64,000 nucleotides of DNA from Candidatus Yanofskybacteria bacterium RIFCSPLOWO2_01_FULL_42_49 (GCA_001795615.1 MGKI01000014.1:69380-133379), one strand, 5' to 3'. Shown: positions 28,501-38,259, counted from the stretch's first letter. Made by a program: numbers and translations. Notes: generated by a model not told the origin, from the letters alone.

Positions 28501-28696
28501 CTTTATTTCGTTTAAAAAACTTGTTCTGAAAATGCTGGATTTTACTTTTAAATTTAGTCCAGTAAATTTTTGTTGAAAATAAAAATCCGGCCATAGTAGC
28601 TATTATTATTTGAATAATAAAACTGCCGGTACCCGGATCAAGATAGGCATGAGTATTAAAGGGAATGATAAGCAACACAATAACTATAATTATCAT
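28487..28696 (-). CDS. Small membrane protein with YLDPGTGS motif
   Basis: Signal-like hydrophobic start ending THA, YLDPGTGS, one TM helix, basic tail; overlaps the start of the next gene. Confidence 0.75.
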   Translation of the reverse strand: MIIIVIVLLIIPFNTHAYLDPGTGSFIIQIIIATMAGFLFSTKIYWTKFKSKIQHFQNKFFKRNKDGER

Positions 28697-28770
28697 AAAT
28701 ATAATTTATCATTATAGTCCCATGCATGCAAGGGGTTTCCTGATTAAAATTTGAACATAAAAAAAATAAA

Positions 28771-28790
28771 AACCCTCTAATCTGAGGGTT
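28771..28790 (-). terminator. Intrinsic terminator
   Basis: AACCCTC-taatct-GAGGGTT with an A-run on the left (U-tail on the minus strand). Confidence 0.6.
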
Positions 28791-30369
28791 ACATATTCCG
28801 CTGTTTGGGCACCATTGAGCGAATAATATCAATCCTTTCCGGCTTATTTAAATACTCCCAAACTTTTCTGGAAACAAATTCCAGATAATTAGGGTCGACC
28901 CGTGTTTGAATGGATGGGTGCAACCAGTCCAAATCCGCTATATCAATTCCCGGCAGAAGTAAATTATTTTGAATAACATAGTCGTAGAGAACTGTGCCCG
29001 GAAAAGGAGTTACTATGGTAAAATTAACATATTCAGAACCGGCATCCATATGTTTTTTGGCAACCAAGATCGTCATTAGTAATTCTTCATAGGTCTCATC
29101 CGGATAACCAATGAGATAGCAACTGGAGACCAGAATGCCCAACGAATTTGCTTTTTTTATTAAAGCAGATATGTCATAGGTTTCATGGCTAATTTTACCG
29201 GCAGCCCACTTATCTATAATCCTTTGGGAACCGGACTCGACGGGGAATGAAAGCCGATTAAATCCGGCCTCGGCCATTGTTTCCAGCATCTCATCATCTA
29301 TTACTATCCGGCCAGTGCCGTCATTTTTGTGCAGATGTGATAAATTTACTCCATTAACATCGCCCAGCTTGAATCCAAATTTTATAAACATCTTAAAAAT
29401 GGCCAATGCTCTTTTTTTCTTGGCTAAAAGAGAATCGTCTTCAATATAAATATATTTAGCACCAAGCTCTTTAATGGCTAACGCTTCTCTTTCAACACGC
29501 TCGACTGATTGATATCGGAATTTTCCAATATTACCCATGGGCGAACCTTCTATCTCTGTGGAAATATGACAAAAACTGCAATCATAAGGACAACCCCTGG
29601 ATGTCGTTAATGATACATATGGTTGCGGCTTGTTTAGTTGGCCAACCCTGAGAACACTGCCGTGAGGACGATTTATTTCTGCAATACGATCCATGGGTAG
29701 TAAGTCTCTGGCTGGAATTGGTAGCCTATCTAAATCGTTATCAATTAGCCCCATTGGGTTGATTTTAATTCTACCATTACGCATAAAAGCAACGCCTGAT
29801 ATGTTTGAGAAATCGTGGCTTCCCCGGCGAAGAACATTACCAACTTCAACAATCGTTCTTTCCGCTTCTGAAAGACAAATGAGGTTAGCGCCGGCATCAA
29901 AAAATCTCTTCATCTGTGTCCTGGCATTTATGCCGCCCATCATAATAAATTTATCAGGATAGGCTTCCGAAATTGATCTAACCGTTTCTTCAACCATATA
30001 TGTCTGGGGGGTGAAGATAGAGCTTATGCCGATAACATCAAATTCTCGAGCTTCTTTGAGAATCATTTCTGGCGCAAGACCAACCCTCACCTTGCCAGCA
30101 GAAAGAGGAGTAACACGGTTAAAAGCTTCCTCCATCGTGTGGTGTTTACTGCCAATACAACAATCGAGAATATCTACCTCAAAACTATTTTCACGCAAGG
30201 CGGCAGCCAGATAGAGATTACCCAAAGATACTTCCGGTTTAACCGCACCATATTTTGGATCATGGCGTTGAGGCGAATACATCAGAAGAAATTTGGGGTC
30301 TTTGATATTTTTTATCAATGGCGGTGATTCTTGCTTTTTTTGTATCTTAATACCCGTCTGTATTTCCAT
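28789..30369 (-). CDS. Cobalamin-binding radical SAM enzyme
   Basis: LG.LYLAA, DVIGIS, MGGINA, EAE; TSRGCPYDCSFC; EDD, ESGSQ, IGYPDET, PFPGT. Confidence 0.9.
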   Translation of the reverse strand: MEIQTGIKIQKKQESPPLIKNIKDPKFLLMYSPQRHDPKYGAVKPEVSLGNLYLAAALRENSFEVDILDCCIGSKHHTMEEAFNRVTPLSAGKVRVGLAPEMILKEAREFDVIGISSIFTPQTYMVEETVRSISEAYPDKFIMMGGINARTQMKRFFDAGANLICLSEAERTIVEVGNVLRRGSHDFSNISGVAFMRNGRIKINPMGLIDNDLDRLPIPARDLLPMDRIAEINRPHGSVLRVGQLNKPQPYVSLTTSRGCPYDCSFCHISTEIEGSPMGNIGKFRYQSVERVEREALAIKELGAKYIYIEDDSLLAKKKRALAIFKMFIKFGFKLGDVNGVNLSHLHKNDGTGRIVIDDEMLETMAEAGFNRLSFPVESGSQRIIDKWAAGKISHETYDISALIKKANSLGILVSSCYLIGYPDETYEELLMTILVAKKHMDAGSEYVNFTIVTPFPGTVLYDYVIQNNLLLPGIDIADLDWLHPSIQTRVDPNYLEFVSRKVWEYLNKPERIDIIRSMVPKQRNM

Positions 30370-30445
30370 TTTTAAAGAACCCTCTTAAAAATAAGTACTT
30401 GGGTCAAAAATAGCAAAAAGAGCTCTAAATAACAATCCACATAAA

Positions 30446-30465
30446 AAGCCCTGATTATAGGGCTT
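30446..30465 (-). terminator. Intrinsic terminator
   Basis: AAGCCCT-gattat-AGGGCTT with an A-run on the left. Confidence 0.55.
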
Positions 30466-30484
30466 GTACGGCCGCCTGTTTAAA

Positions 30485-32614
30485 TTAGTGATGGCCGGCA
30501 ATTTCTATATAAGGATTTTTACTGCCATACAGATATGCTCCGCGGCGGTTACAATACCAAACCATTTTTTGGCACCACTCTTCCCATGAATCCCATCTTT
30601 CGGTCGTACGGTCTATGCAGTAGCTATAATTTCCGGGTTTATAATCAGCAGTTCCGCCAAGTAATACGGTACGATAAACATCCCAAATATTGTAATTCAG
30701 TTCAAGATTTAAATCTTCATTTTTAAAAGGTAACTTAATAAGAGATCGGTTCAACTTCAGTGAGTCAAGGAGAACGTCAACCGGTTTATCGGAAGTCATA
30801 AACTGCATCATTACCATTTCCGCTTCCCGATAAAAAGCTTCCAGCTTATTTTCAGCGCAAAGTTTGATAAGTATATATTCTTCCGGCGGCCAATAAATGT
30901 TGAGCCATTCCTCAGAATGAAAATATTCTCCGGAACATCCCGCCTGTATGTCACGGGCCAAGTTAGCAAAAAATCTGTAAATCTCGGATAAAATGGGTAA
31001 CTCCCCGGAACAACTTGAATTTTTTACAAATGCTTCGAGCGCCTGACCATATGACACACCATAATATTCGTGCAGAGTCATGATGGGTATTTGTAAAAGC
31101 TTGTTAAAGTAGATGAGGCTGGTCATCCAGCAAAATACCCAAGCCTTGATCCATTCTTCTTTGGGCATAGTGTTGGTGGCTACAACCAGTTCCTGATATT
31201 CTTCCACGCCGCTGATAGAATCGTTGCGTTTGCCGTGATGACTGATCATTTTTGTACGAACTATCTCATATCCATAACGTTCCTGATATTCCGGATTACC
31301 CATCTCCGTATTGCGTAGAATGGTGAGAAAGTTGAGTTGGATATGATTATGCTGACCATTAGTGATGAGTGTAGAGGTTCCGTCAACAATGCTTTGATAT
31401 GTTTCTTCAGGCATCGGGAGAATAATATCAGTCATAGTATAAACACCTTCTGCGGCCAGCTGTTTCTGCATTACATAATATTCATCGAGTTTCATATTAT
31501 CCCTGCGCACCGCCTTAAGTGTCGCTGGGTTTAAAGACTGTTGAGACATAACTGTAACCCTGTTTAAACCGGCCTTGGCAAGAATTTTAAGAGCTTCAAT
31601 GGTATGCTTTTTGGGATTCTTGGAATTTTGAGTAGAGACTGCTTCCAGATAACCATACTTCGCCCTTGTTTCGGCGAAATATTCGGCGATCTGAATGTCC
31701 CGCTCAAGAATTCCAAAATTGGCATTACACAGAAATATATACGGAATCCTGTGTTCACCGACCCACATGATATCGCCGTAAATTTGTTCTAGTAAAAACC
31801 TGCTAACCCTGTCTTCGGTGGCTCCTCCCCAATCGCAATATGTACATTGAAAGGGGCAGCCCCGATCAGTTTCATACATCAGAACCCATTTTTGATCAGG
31901 AAAAACAGTCATGAGTTTGTCAAAGACACCGGTTGTAAACGGCGACGGAGCCTGGGCTAGCTCTTTGTCATTCATTCTTTCAACCTTAGGATTGAAATGA
32001 AAAATACCATTAGCGTCAACATAGCTGGCCGAGGGAATTAGACTTTTATCGTGGCAACTATCGATAGCCATCTGTTCAAGAATATATTTGAACACTCTTT
32101 CGCCTTCTCCGTGTACACAAATATCAATTTCCGGATTTAAATGGTGGAAATCCTCAGTGAAATTCATCCGCTTGCGCAGACTTTCCTTGGAACTCAAATC
32201 GACAGTTCTAACTCTTCTGAACTGTTTTTTGCTGTCAGGCACTTGCGGGCCGCCAAAAACAATAACAACCTCCGGTTTTCTCCTCTTTAGCTCCCGGGCA
32301 ATATCTAGAGAGTTCTCAAAATTCCACATGTATATACTGAAACCAACAATATCTGCATCACTGAGAAATTCAGCAGCCTCTTGAATGCGCATGAATGTAT
32401 AAATAGGCGCAAAAAATTCATAATCATCAGAGTGAGTCAAATGCTTTTGGGCATAAGCCTGGAGCATTCCCACCGAAAGAGGCAAATAGCACTGGCCGGA
32501 GAAACTGTTATTGATCTGGACAAAACCTATTTTTATTTTCTTATCAGGTTTTTTTGATTTAAACTCTAGTAAATTATCGTTTATAGTCCTAAGCGAAATT
32601 ATTCCCAAACTCAT
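30485..32614 (-). CDS. Cobalamin-binding radical SAM enzyme
   Basis: YLPLSVG, DIVGFSIYMWN, FGGPQV, HGEGE; ETDRGCPFQCTYCDWG; NANFG. Confidence 0.9.
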   Translation of the reverse strand: MSLGIISLRTINDNLLEFKSKKPDKKIKIGFVQINNSFSGQCYLPLSVGMLQAYAQKHLTHSDDYEFFAPIYTFMRIQEAAEFLSDADIVGFSIYMWNFENSLDIARELKRRKPEVVIVFGGPQVPDSKKQFRRVRTVDLSSKESLRKRMNFTEDFHHLNPEIDICVHGEGERVFKYILEQMAIDSCHDKSLIPSASYVDANGIFHFNPKVERMNDKELAQAPSPFTTGVFDKLMTVFPDQKWVLMYETDRGCPFQCTYCDWGGATEDRVSRFLLEQIYGDIMWVGEHRIPYIFLCNANFGILERDIQIAEYFAETRAKYGYLEAVSTQNSKNPKKHTIEALKILAKAGLNRVTVMSQQSLNPATLKAVRRDNMKLDEYYVMQKQLAAEGVYTMTDIILPMPEETYQSIVDGTSTLITNGQHNHIQLNFLTILRNTEMGNPEYQERYGYEIVRTKMISHHGKRNDSISGVEEYQELVVATNTMPKEEWIKAWVFCWMTSLIYFNKLLQIPIMTLHEYYGVSYGQALEAFVKNSSCSGELPILSEIYRFFANLARDIQAGCSGEYFHSEEWLNIYWPPEEYILIKLCAENKLEAFYREAEMVMMQFMTSDKPVDVLLDSLKLNRSLIKLPFKNEDLNLELNYNIWDVYRTVLLGGTADYKPGNYSYCIDRTTERWDSWEEWCQKMVWYCNRRGAYLYGSKNPYIEIAGHH

Positions 32615-32691
32615 ACTGTCATATTTACCTTTTAAGTTTTTAATGTTCTTACTGTTAGTTATAAACTAATAATTTATTTCTTACAATAAAA

Positions 32692-33741
32692 CTATAGTTG
32701 CTTCACCCTGTCTAGTAAATTTTTGGCTAAAATATGAGATTTCAAATAACTTTGATATAGCCTATAACCATTTTCAGCCACCCTTTCAGAGATTGAATAA
32801 TTATTCTTAACCCATAAGATCTTATTGGCTAAAGATCTGAAATCAGCCGGCTTACAAGTAATACAAGTTTCTCCATCCTTTAAAAGCTCGAGAATGCCAG
32901 TATTTGCAGCTGTCAGATATGGCAACTTCATAGCCAACGATTCGTAGGCCTTATGGGGAATAGTCCGCTGAAGACGTTCGTGGTCAGATAATTGGCCTAA
33001 ACTCACATGGCATTTCCCCATTAATATTCTTAGTTCTTCGGTCGGTAAAAAATCAAAAAAATATTCAATGTTATTTGGCCTTAATTCTTCGATCAAAACT
33101 TTTAGCTTACCGACCAGCTGACCGCCTACATGCATGATAAATCTTACGTCTTCTCCTTTAAGTAGTTCGGCTGCTCGAACCACATATTCTGCGCCGGTTT
33201 CAGGCTGTAACGCTCCCCGGAACAAAACTGTGAATTTATCAGGCTTATTTATGATTGGATCATAAAAAAACTTATCTTCATCAACGCCAATCCAACTTCT
33301 AAAAATTTTATTTTTAGAAACCTTAAATAACTTTTTAAAATACTCGGCTTGATTATATGACTCCACAACAGTTAAATTTGCAAAATGTACAGCCGCAAAA
33401 TCAAGCAGCCAATAATAAATAGCTTTCTTCGAAAAAGGGGAAGCTAACTCTCTGGAAACTATTAAACCTTCATATAATGAGCGAAATGCAACATAAATTA
33501 TTTTTTTATTGCAAAATGGGCGCATAAAAATTACCAGCAATGGACTGTCAAAGCCAATAAAAACATAATCTGTATCTGATTTATTTTTTCTAAAAAAACT
33601 TAGGGCCTCAAGATACCCGCGAACACCCCCGGATGCAACTCTGAACGACTCGACCCTGACACCATTCTCCTTCAATCCTTTTATATAAACGACATTTAAA
33701 GACGAGCCAACTCTAGTTCTGCTTATATATAATATTTTCAT
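32692..33741 (-). CDS. GT4 glycosyltransferase
   Basis: GT-B fold; RTIPHKAYESLAMKLP; paralogue of 47695-48738. Confidence 0.85.
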   Translation of the reverse strand: MKILYISRTRVGSSLNVVYIKGLKENGVRVESFRVASGGVRGYLEALSFFRKNKSDTDYVFIGFDSPLLVIFMRPFCNKKIIYVAFRSLYEGLIVSRELASPFSKKAIYYWLLDFAAVHFANLTVVESYNQAEYFKKLFKVSKNKIFRSWIGVDEDKFFYDPIINKPDKFTVLFRGALQPETGAEYVVRAAELLKGEDVRFIMHVGGQLVGKLKVLIEELRPNNIEYFFDFLPTEELRILMGKCHVSLGQLSDHERLQRTIPHKAYESLAMKLPYLTAANTGILELLKDGETCITCKPADFRSLANKILWVKNNYSISERVAENGYRLYQSYLKSHILAKNLLDRVKQL

Positions 33742-34514
33742 CTATTTTGTTTTAACAAACTCAACTCTTTCTGCCAATTATAATCCCCCCAATGTCTATA
33801 TCTCATCTTAATGTCCTCGTTTCTGTGGCCCGGATGACAACCAAGTTCAACAATTTTATCTGAATGTTCTTCGGCTAATTTTTTAGCTTTATCTATGTCT
33901 TTTTTGCCTAATTTACCGGCATTCACAAAACCGACAAAGTAATCGTTGCACTGCAGACCAGCCCTGCGTATCTTGTTCTTCGCCGCCGTTGACAAGAAAT
34001 TTAAAAATAACAGTTGAAGTTTTCTAAACAACTTGCCACCAGACAAATTAAACGGTTCATTAACAACTCTTATATACGGGATATTATACTCTATGGCCAA
34101 TTTTATGCATATATTCATGATCCCCGGCAACAAGTGCAAATGTTGATTGCCGTTTATAAAAGTTGGCTTTATTCCGGCCTGAATAACTTTTTTAATCTGC
34201 GCCTCAAGCTCTTGCCGAATATGATCTTTTTTAACCAGCCCTAAAATATATTTTAGAAAAAAAACACGATGATTTTTATACATTAACCCCCCAGAAACGA
34301 TCGACCTTTGTTCAACTAGATTTAAATGGGCTCCGATATTCTCAAGTCTCGCATCTAGAATTTGTTGGACGGCATCGTCAAACGCTTCCCCGTTAGCCAT
34401 TAAAGATGCCCCGCTGATTTTATTTTCTTTCAATAAAAAAATTATTCCGTCGTTAACGGACTCGTGGAGACCAAGGTCGTCAGCAATAATTTTTAAATTA
34501 GGGGGTTCGATCAT
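33738..34514 (-). CDS. ChbG/HpnK (YdjC) family deacetylase
   Basis: ADDLG, ASLMANG, GAHLNL, GNQHLH, ELGCHPG. Confidence 0.88.
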   Translation of the reverse strand: MIEPPNLKIIADDLGLHESVNDGIIFLLKENKISGASLMANGEAFDDAVQQILDARLENIGAHLNLVEQRSIVSGGLMYKNHRVFFLKYILGLVKKDHIRQELEAQIKKVIQAGIKPTFINGNQHLHLLPGIMNICIKLAIEYNIPYIRVVNEPFNLSGGKLFRKLQLLFLNFLSTAAKNKIRRAGLQCNDYFVGFVNAGKLGKKDIDKAKKLAEEHSDKIVELGCHPGHRNEDIKMRYRHWGDYNWQKELSLLKQNR

Positions 34515-35457
34515 TCTCTAGATTTTTAGTTTCAGAAACTATATATACCGGGCGGCCTTTTATTTCGTTGAACATTTTATATAAGTACTCACCCATAATA
34601 CCAATGACCATAAGTTGAATACTGCCCAACGCCAGAACAACAATCGTTAAAGAAGAAAGACCCTCAATAAGATGTTCCGGATACAAGTATTTTTCTATAA
34701 CAACGGATAAGCCATAACCGATGCTCCCCAGAAAGATTACCAAACCTATCCAAAAAGAGATTCGGAGAGGAAAGGCGGAAAATGAGGTTACTCCGTTCAA
34801 AATAAAACTAAATAACCTTTTAACGGAGATTGGCTGGCCATATTTGCGGGCCCTTACTGCGTAAGGAACGTATTTTTTCTTAAAACCGACCCATTGAGCC
34901 AATCCTCTGAAAAATTTCTCTCTCTCGGGTAATTTTTTAATCACATCAACAACCCGTCTTTTATACAAAACAAAATCGCTGGCGTTTTTAAATTCAAGTC
35001 CTGTCATAGTGCTTAAAAATTTATAGATAGCCCTGCCCGCGACTTCCCTGAAAAAAGAATTTTGTTCATTGGTTATCCTCTCTCCGATAACAATATCGTG
35101 TCCTGCTTCGGCTTGTTTTATGAATTCTGAAATTACTTGTGGTGGATGCTGTAAATCGCTATCCATAGTTACCACCATTTCTCCGCTTGAAGCATCTATT
35201 CCGGCGCTTAAAGCCGCTTGATGCCTGAAATTCCTTGAAAAACGGATGATCTTGACCCTTGGGTCCTTGTCTGCGTATTCGTTCAAGATTTCCGAGGTTC
35301 TATCGCGAGAACAGTCGTCAACAAAAATTATCTCATAACTTTTACCGATAGAATCGCAAACAGAGTAAAGCTCCTTCATCAATTCCGGAAGGGACTTTTC
35401 TTCATTGAAAATAGGCAAAACTACCGATAAATAGATGGCCTTTGGTTGACTAATCAT
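34498..35457 (-). CDS. GT2 polyprenyl-phosphate glycosyltransferase (GtrB/ArnC-like)
   Basis: VVLPIFNEE, VDDCSRD, FSRNF, MDSDLQHPP, two C-terminal TM helices, GEYL..RP.Y; TATAAT 7 nt before ATG 35457. Confidence 0.9.
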   Translation of the reverse strand: MISQPKAIYLSVVLPIFNEEKSLPELMKELYSVCDSIGKSYEIIFVDDCSRDRTSEILNEYADKDPRVKIIRFSRNFRHQAALSAGIDASSGEMVVTMDSDLQHPPQVISEFIKQAEAGHDIVIGERITNEQNSFFREVAGRAIYKFLSTMTGLEFKNASDFVLYKRRVVDVIKKLPEREKFFRGLAQWVGFKKKYVPYAVRARKYGQPISVKRLFSFILNGVTSFSAFPLRISFWIGLVIFLGSIGYGLSVVIEKYLYPEHLIEGLSSLTIVVLALGSIQLMVIGIMGEYLYKMFNEIKGRPVYIVSETKNLENDRTP

Positions 35458-35494
35458 TTGTATAATTATACATAGCCAACCCAAGATTGTCTAG

Positions 35495-37192
35495 TCAGTT
35501 TATAGTCAGAGAACGGCAGTCAAAGATGTATGAATCTATATATTTATCAGTGAATTTTTTGTTCAGTTCGCATCTGGATATTAATTTCCAATACAAGCTG
35601 TTTTTGTCAATAGCCGGAAAATCAACTATCATATAGTACCCCCTGTGATAAGTGAGTCTTTGGCTGTAATCACGAGAAGGAGCTGTGTAAAATCTTCCTG
35701 TGTACTTATCTGCTATTTTTAAATAATAGACTCCCGCGTCATAATATGTAACAACATCGTTAATCTCTTCATCATTGACCACGCGCTCAACAGACGCTTT
35801 AGTAATATTGTTTACGCTACCATAAAAAGCGCCCATTAAATTTTCACTTGAAAGCAGGAGATTATAACCAACACCGAAAACAACAAAAAAGGCAATCGCT
35901 AATTTTTTCTTATTAAACAAAAGCCACAGAAAACCCACAGCCCATATCCACAAAACAAACTGCGCTGAAACATAAAATCCTATCGGCCCCGAACCTCCTG
36001 TCATAGGAATAAGAAAGTTAAAGTCCAGATCTTTGACTTTTTGCACATAGGCCTCCTTTGGGTTAAGGGGCACAATGTCGTGAGCGATAAAAAGAGTAAA
36101 GGCCAAAAGAACCGCAAAACCTAATATACTTAATAAAAGTCGTTTCTTGTCCAACCCTGAAAGCAATGAATAAATGACATGGCCGCTTATAATAACCGCC
36201 GGCGCTATTATGAACATAAAGTATCTCTCTATCGGAAGCCGGGCAAAGTCAAAAATTACAAGATAGAAAATAAAATTGAATAAAGTATAGATATACCAAA
36301 TACGATATTTTATGAAAAAATCTTTTTTTCCGCCGACGGAGACCCGGCTATGCACGGGTCCCTCTCCAGGCAAAGCGGATCCGCCTCCAGCAGAGAATAA
36401 TCCATACACCATCGGCAAAAATAAAAGCGGAGAGAACCAGATAAAAAACTTAACTAGGCGGAGAAGCAACTCAAAATAAGCTCTTGATGCAAAATCAAAT
36501 ATCTTAAAGTTGGTAGAATACTCTACAAATCTCGGATCGGTCTTTCCGTAAAATAAATAGAGCCCGGCAATAAAAACTCCTGAAATACCCAGGATCAGAC
36601 CCGCTCTTTTTATCTCCTGTGTAAATTTGCCCTTATCATACAAAGTCCACAGATACTCGATTGCCAACGCTCCGACAAAAATCACAAAACTCAACTTCGT
36701 TAACAAACCGGCAATTATCACCACGGCCAGCGGCAGAATAAATTTTTTATCGCCGTCCTTAACTGTTCTGATGTAAAAATAGTATGTTAAAAGAACAAAA
36801 AACGGCAAAACGGCGCCGTCAATGTCTATCATCAGGTTGGCGATAAGACCATAAACACTGATAACATAAAGACCCGATGAAAGATAAGCGATCTTTCTGT
36901 TATCGGTGATCTTTAGAGAAACCGCATAAATAAGAAGAAGATTTAAAATACCAAAAACAAAAGGTACTACCCTCAAGTTATCATAGCCAAACATCTTGCC
37001 GACCAGCGAAAGAGTACTCTGCATTATCGGCGGATGGGGAGAGTCAACTTCGCCGAATTCTGCCGTATATACTTGAGAAACCCACCTGTATTCATCCTGA
37101 TGATATAACTGGTCCAAGCCCAAAAATCTAGTGGCGATAAACAACAAAACCAACAGCCAAAGCCAGTAATTATTTTTTAGTATTACTGTCAT
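35495..37192 (-). CDS. GT-C membrane glycosyltransferase (ArnT/PMT_2-like)
   Basis: HQDE after TM1, PHPP, many TM helices, ERYF. Confidence 0.75.
   Translation of the reverse strand: MTVILKNNYWLWLLVLLFIATRFLGLDQLYHQDEYRWVSQVYTAEFGEVDSPHPPIMQSTLSLVGKMFGYDNLRVVPFVFGILNLLLIYAVSLKITDNRKIAYLSSGLYVISVYGLIANLMIDIDGAVLPFFVLLTYYFYIRTVKDGDKKFILPLAVVIIAGLLTKLSFVIFVGALAIEYLWTLYDKGKFTQEIKRAGLILGISGVFIAGLYLFYGKTDPRFVEYSTNFKIFDFASRAYFELLLRLVKFFIWFSPLLFLPMVYGLFSAGGGSALPGEGPVHSRVSVGGKKDFFIKYRIWYIYTLFNFIFYLVIFDFARLPIERYFMFIIAPAVIISGHVIYSLLSGLDKKRLLLSILGFAVLLAFTLFIAHDIVPLNPKEAYVQKVKDLDFNFLIPMTGGSGPIGFYVSAQFVLWIWAVGFLWLLFNKKKLAIAFFVVFGVGYNLLLSSENLMGAFYGSVNNITKASVERVVNDEEINDVVTYYDAGVYYLKIADKYTGRFYTAPSRDYSQRLTYHRGYYMIVDFPAIDKNSLYWKLISRCELNKKFTDKYIDSYIFDCRSLTIN
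36329..36394. repeat. In-frame GC-rich palindromic insertion (66 bp)
   Basis: Encodes SAGGGSALPGEGPVHSRVSVGG; contains GCGGATCCGC and GACCCG-N8-CGGGTC. Confidence 0.7.
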
Positions 37193-38093
37193 TTTTTTGG
37201 AGAATCAATTCTAACTCATCTTTAAGATTAGGCATTTTAAGGCCAAGTTTAGCGGCTTTATCAATATTAAACCACATCTCCTTGGGCCGAGCAGCAAAAT
37301 TTCCAGGCATATTATCAACAGAGATTATCTTGGCTTCACCAGAAAAATTAGGAAATTTACTAATAACCACCTGCCCTATTTCAGCTTTGGACAATCGATC
37401 CCTGCTTCCGATATGAAGAATCCCTTTTGACAGAACTTCTGGGACTTTTAACAACAGTCCTGCGAGAGTTTTAGCGCTTATCGCGTTAATATATACATCG
37501 CTAAAAAGGTTGAACGACCTATTGTTGCTAACTGAATCCACAAGCCACTCTATAAAATTAGCTTGGGGTCGGCCAATACTGTGAATACCAATGGGTACGA
37601 CCCTGACCACTATTCCTTGATTGTAAGCTAAAACAGCTTCTTCTCCCAACAACTTGGTCCATGAGTAAAAATTTTTAGGATCCGGCGTGTCGCTTTCTTT
37701 ATAGTTCCCTTTCACTCCAGAAAAAACGGAACCAGTTGATATGTATATTAATTTCGCCCCCTGCTTCTTTGCCAATTCGGTAATATTTCTCGTCCCCACA
37801 ACATTGACTCGCCAACAATCCTCTCTGTTTTTCTCGCACTTATCAATATTTGTCATTGATGCACAATGAAATATCGTATTGATTTTACCTATTTTCTTAT
37901 CTAAAAAATTAACGGCTTTGGCGACACCAATGTCGCATTTTAAGTTTACATAATCCTTATCAGTTAAATTTGGATTCTCGTTATAAGTACCGATCACACC
38001 ATAACCGCTTTTCTTGGCGCAACGAGTCAACTCCAAACCCAAAAGACCGCTTGCTCCGGTTACTAAAATTTTATTTTTTGTTGATCTTTTCAT
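37170..38093 (-). CDS. RmlD-like SDR (dTDP-4-dehydrorhamnose reductase family)
   Basis: TGASGLLG, HCASMTNIDKCE, YIST..VFSG, YSWTK. Confidence 0.85.
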   Translation of the reverse strand: MKRSTKNKILVTGASGLLGLELTRCAKKSGYGVIGTYNENPNLTDKDYVNLKCDIGVAKAVNFLDKKIGKINTIFHCASMTNIDKCEKNREDCWRVNVVGTRNITELAKKQGAKLIYISTGSVFSGVKGNYKESDTPDPKNFYSWTKLLGEEAVLAYNQGIVVRVVPIGIHSIGRPQANFIEWLVDSVSNNRSFNLFSDVYINAISAKTLAGLLLKVPEVLSKGILHIGSRDRLSKAEIGQVVISKFPNFSGEAKIISVDNMPGNFAARPKEMWFNIDKAAKLGLKMPNLKDELELILQKNDSNTKK

Positions 38094-38259
38094 TAAAAAA
38101 GTATTATCCGAATATTACTGTAAAAACTAAATTTTATCAACTGACAGAGAGAGACGCCGCTAAGGTATTGAGCCCGTTAAAGGAGCATGTGACAAATATA
38201 GTTAGTTATGTTAGAGTAATTCGAAATCGTTCTTAAACAACAAGGCGGAAAGGATAGCT

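Noticed and set aside
28487..32614. RiPP system (small peptide plus two radical SAM enzymes)
   Set aside because: The peptide looks like a membrane protein coupled to the downstream NoeA-like gene, a terminator separates it from the radical SAM genes, and no SPASM/RRE domain or peptidase is seen
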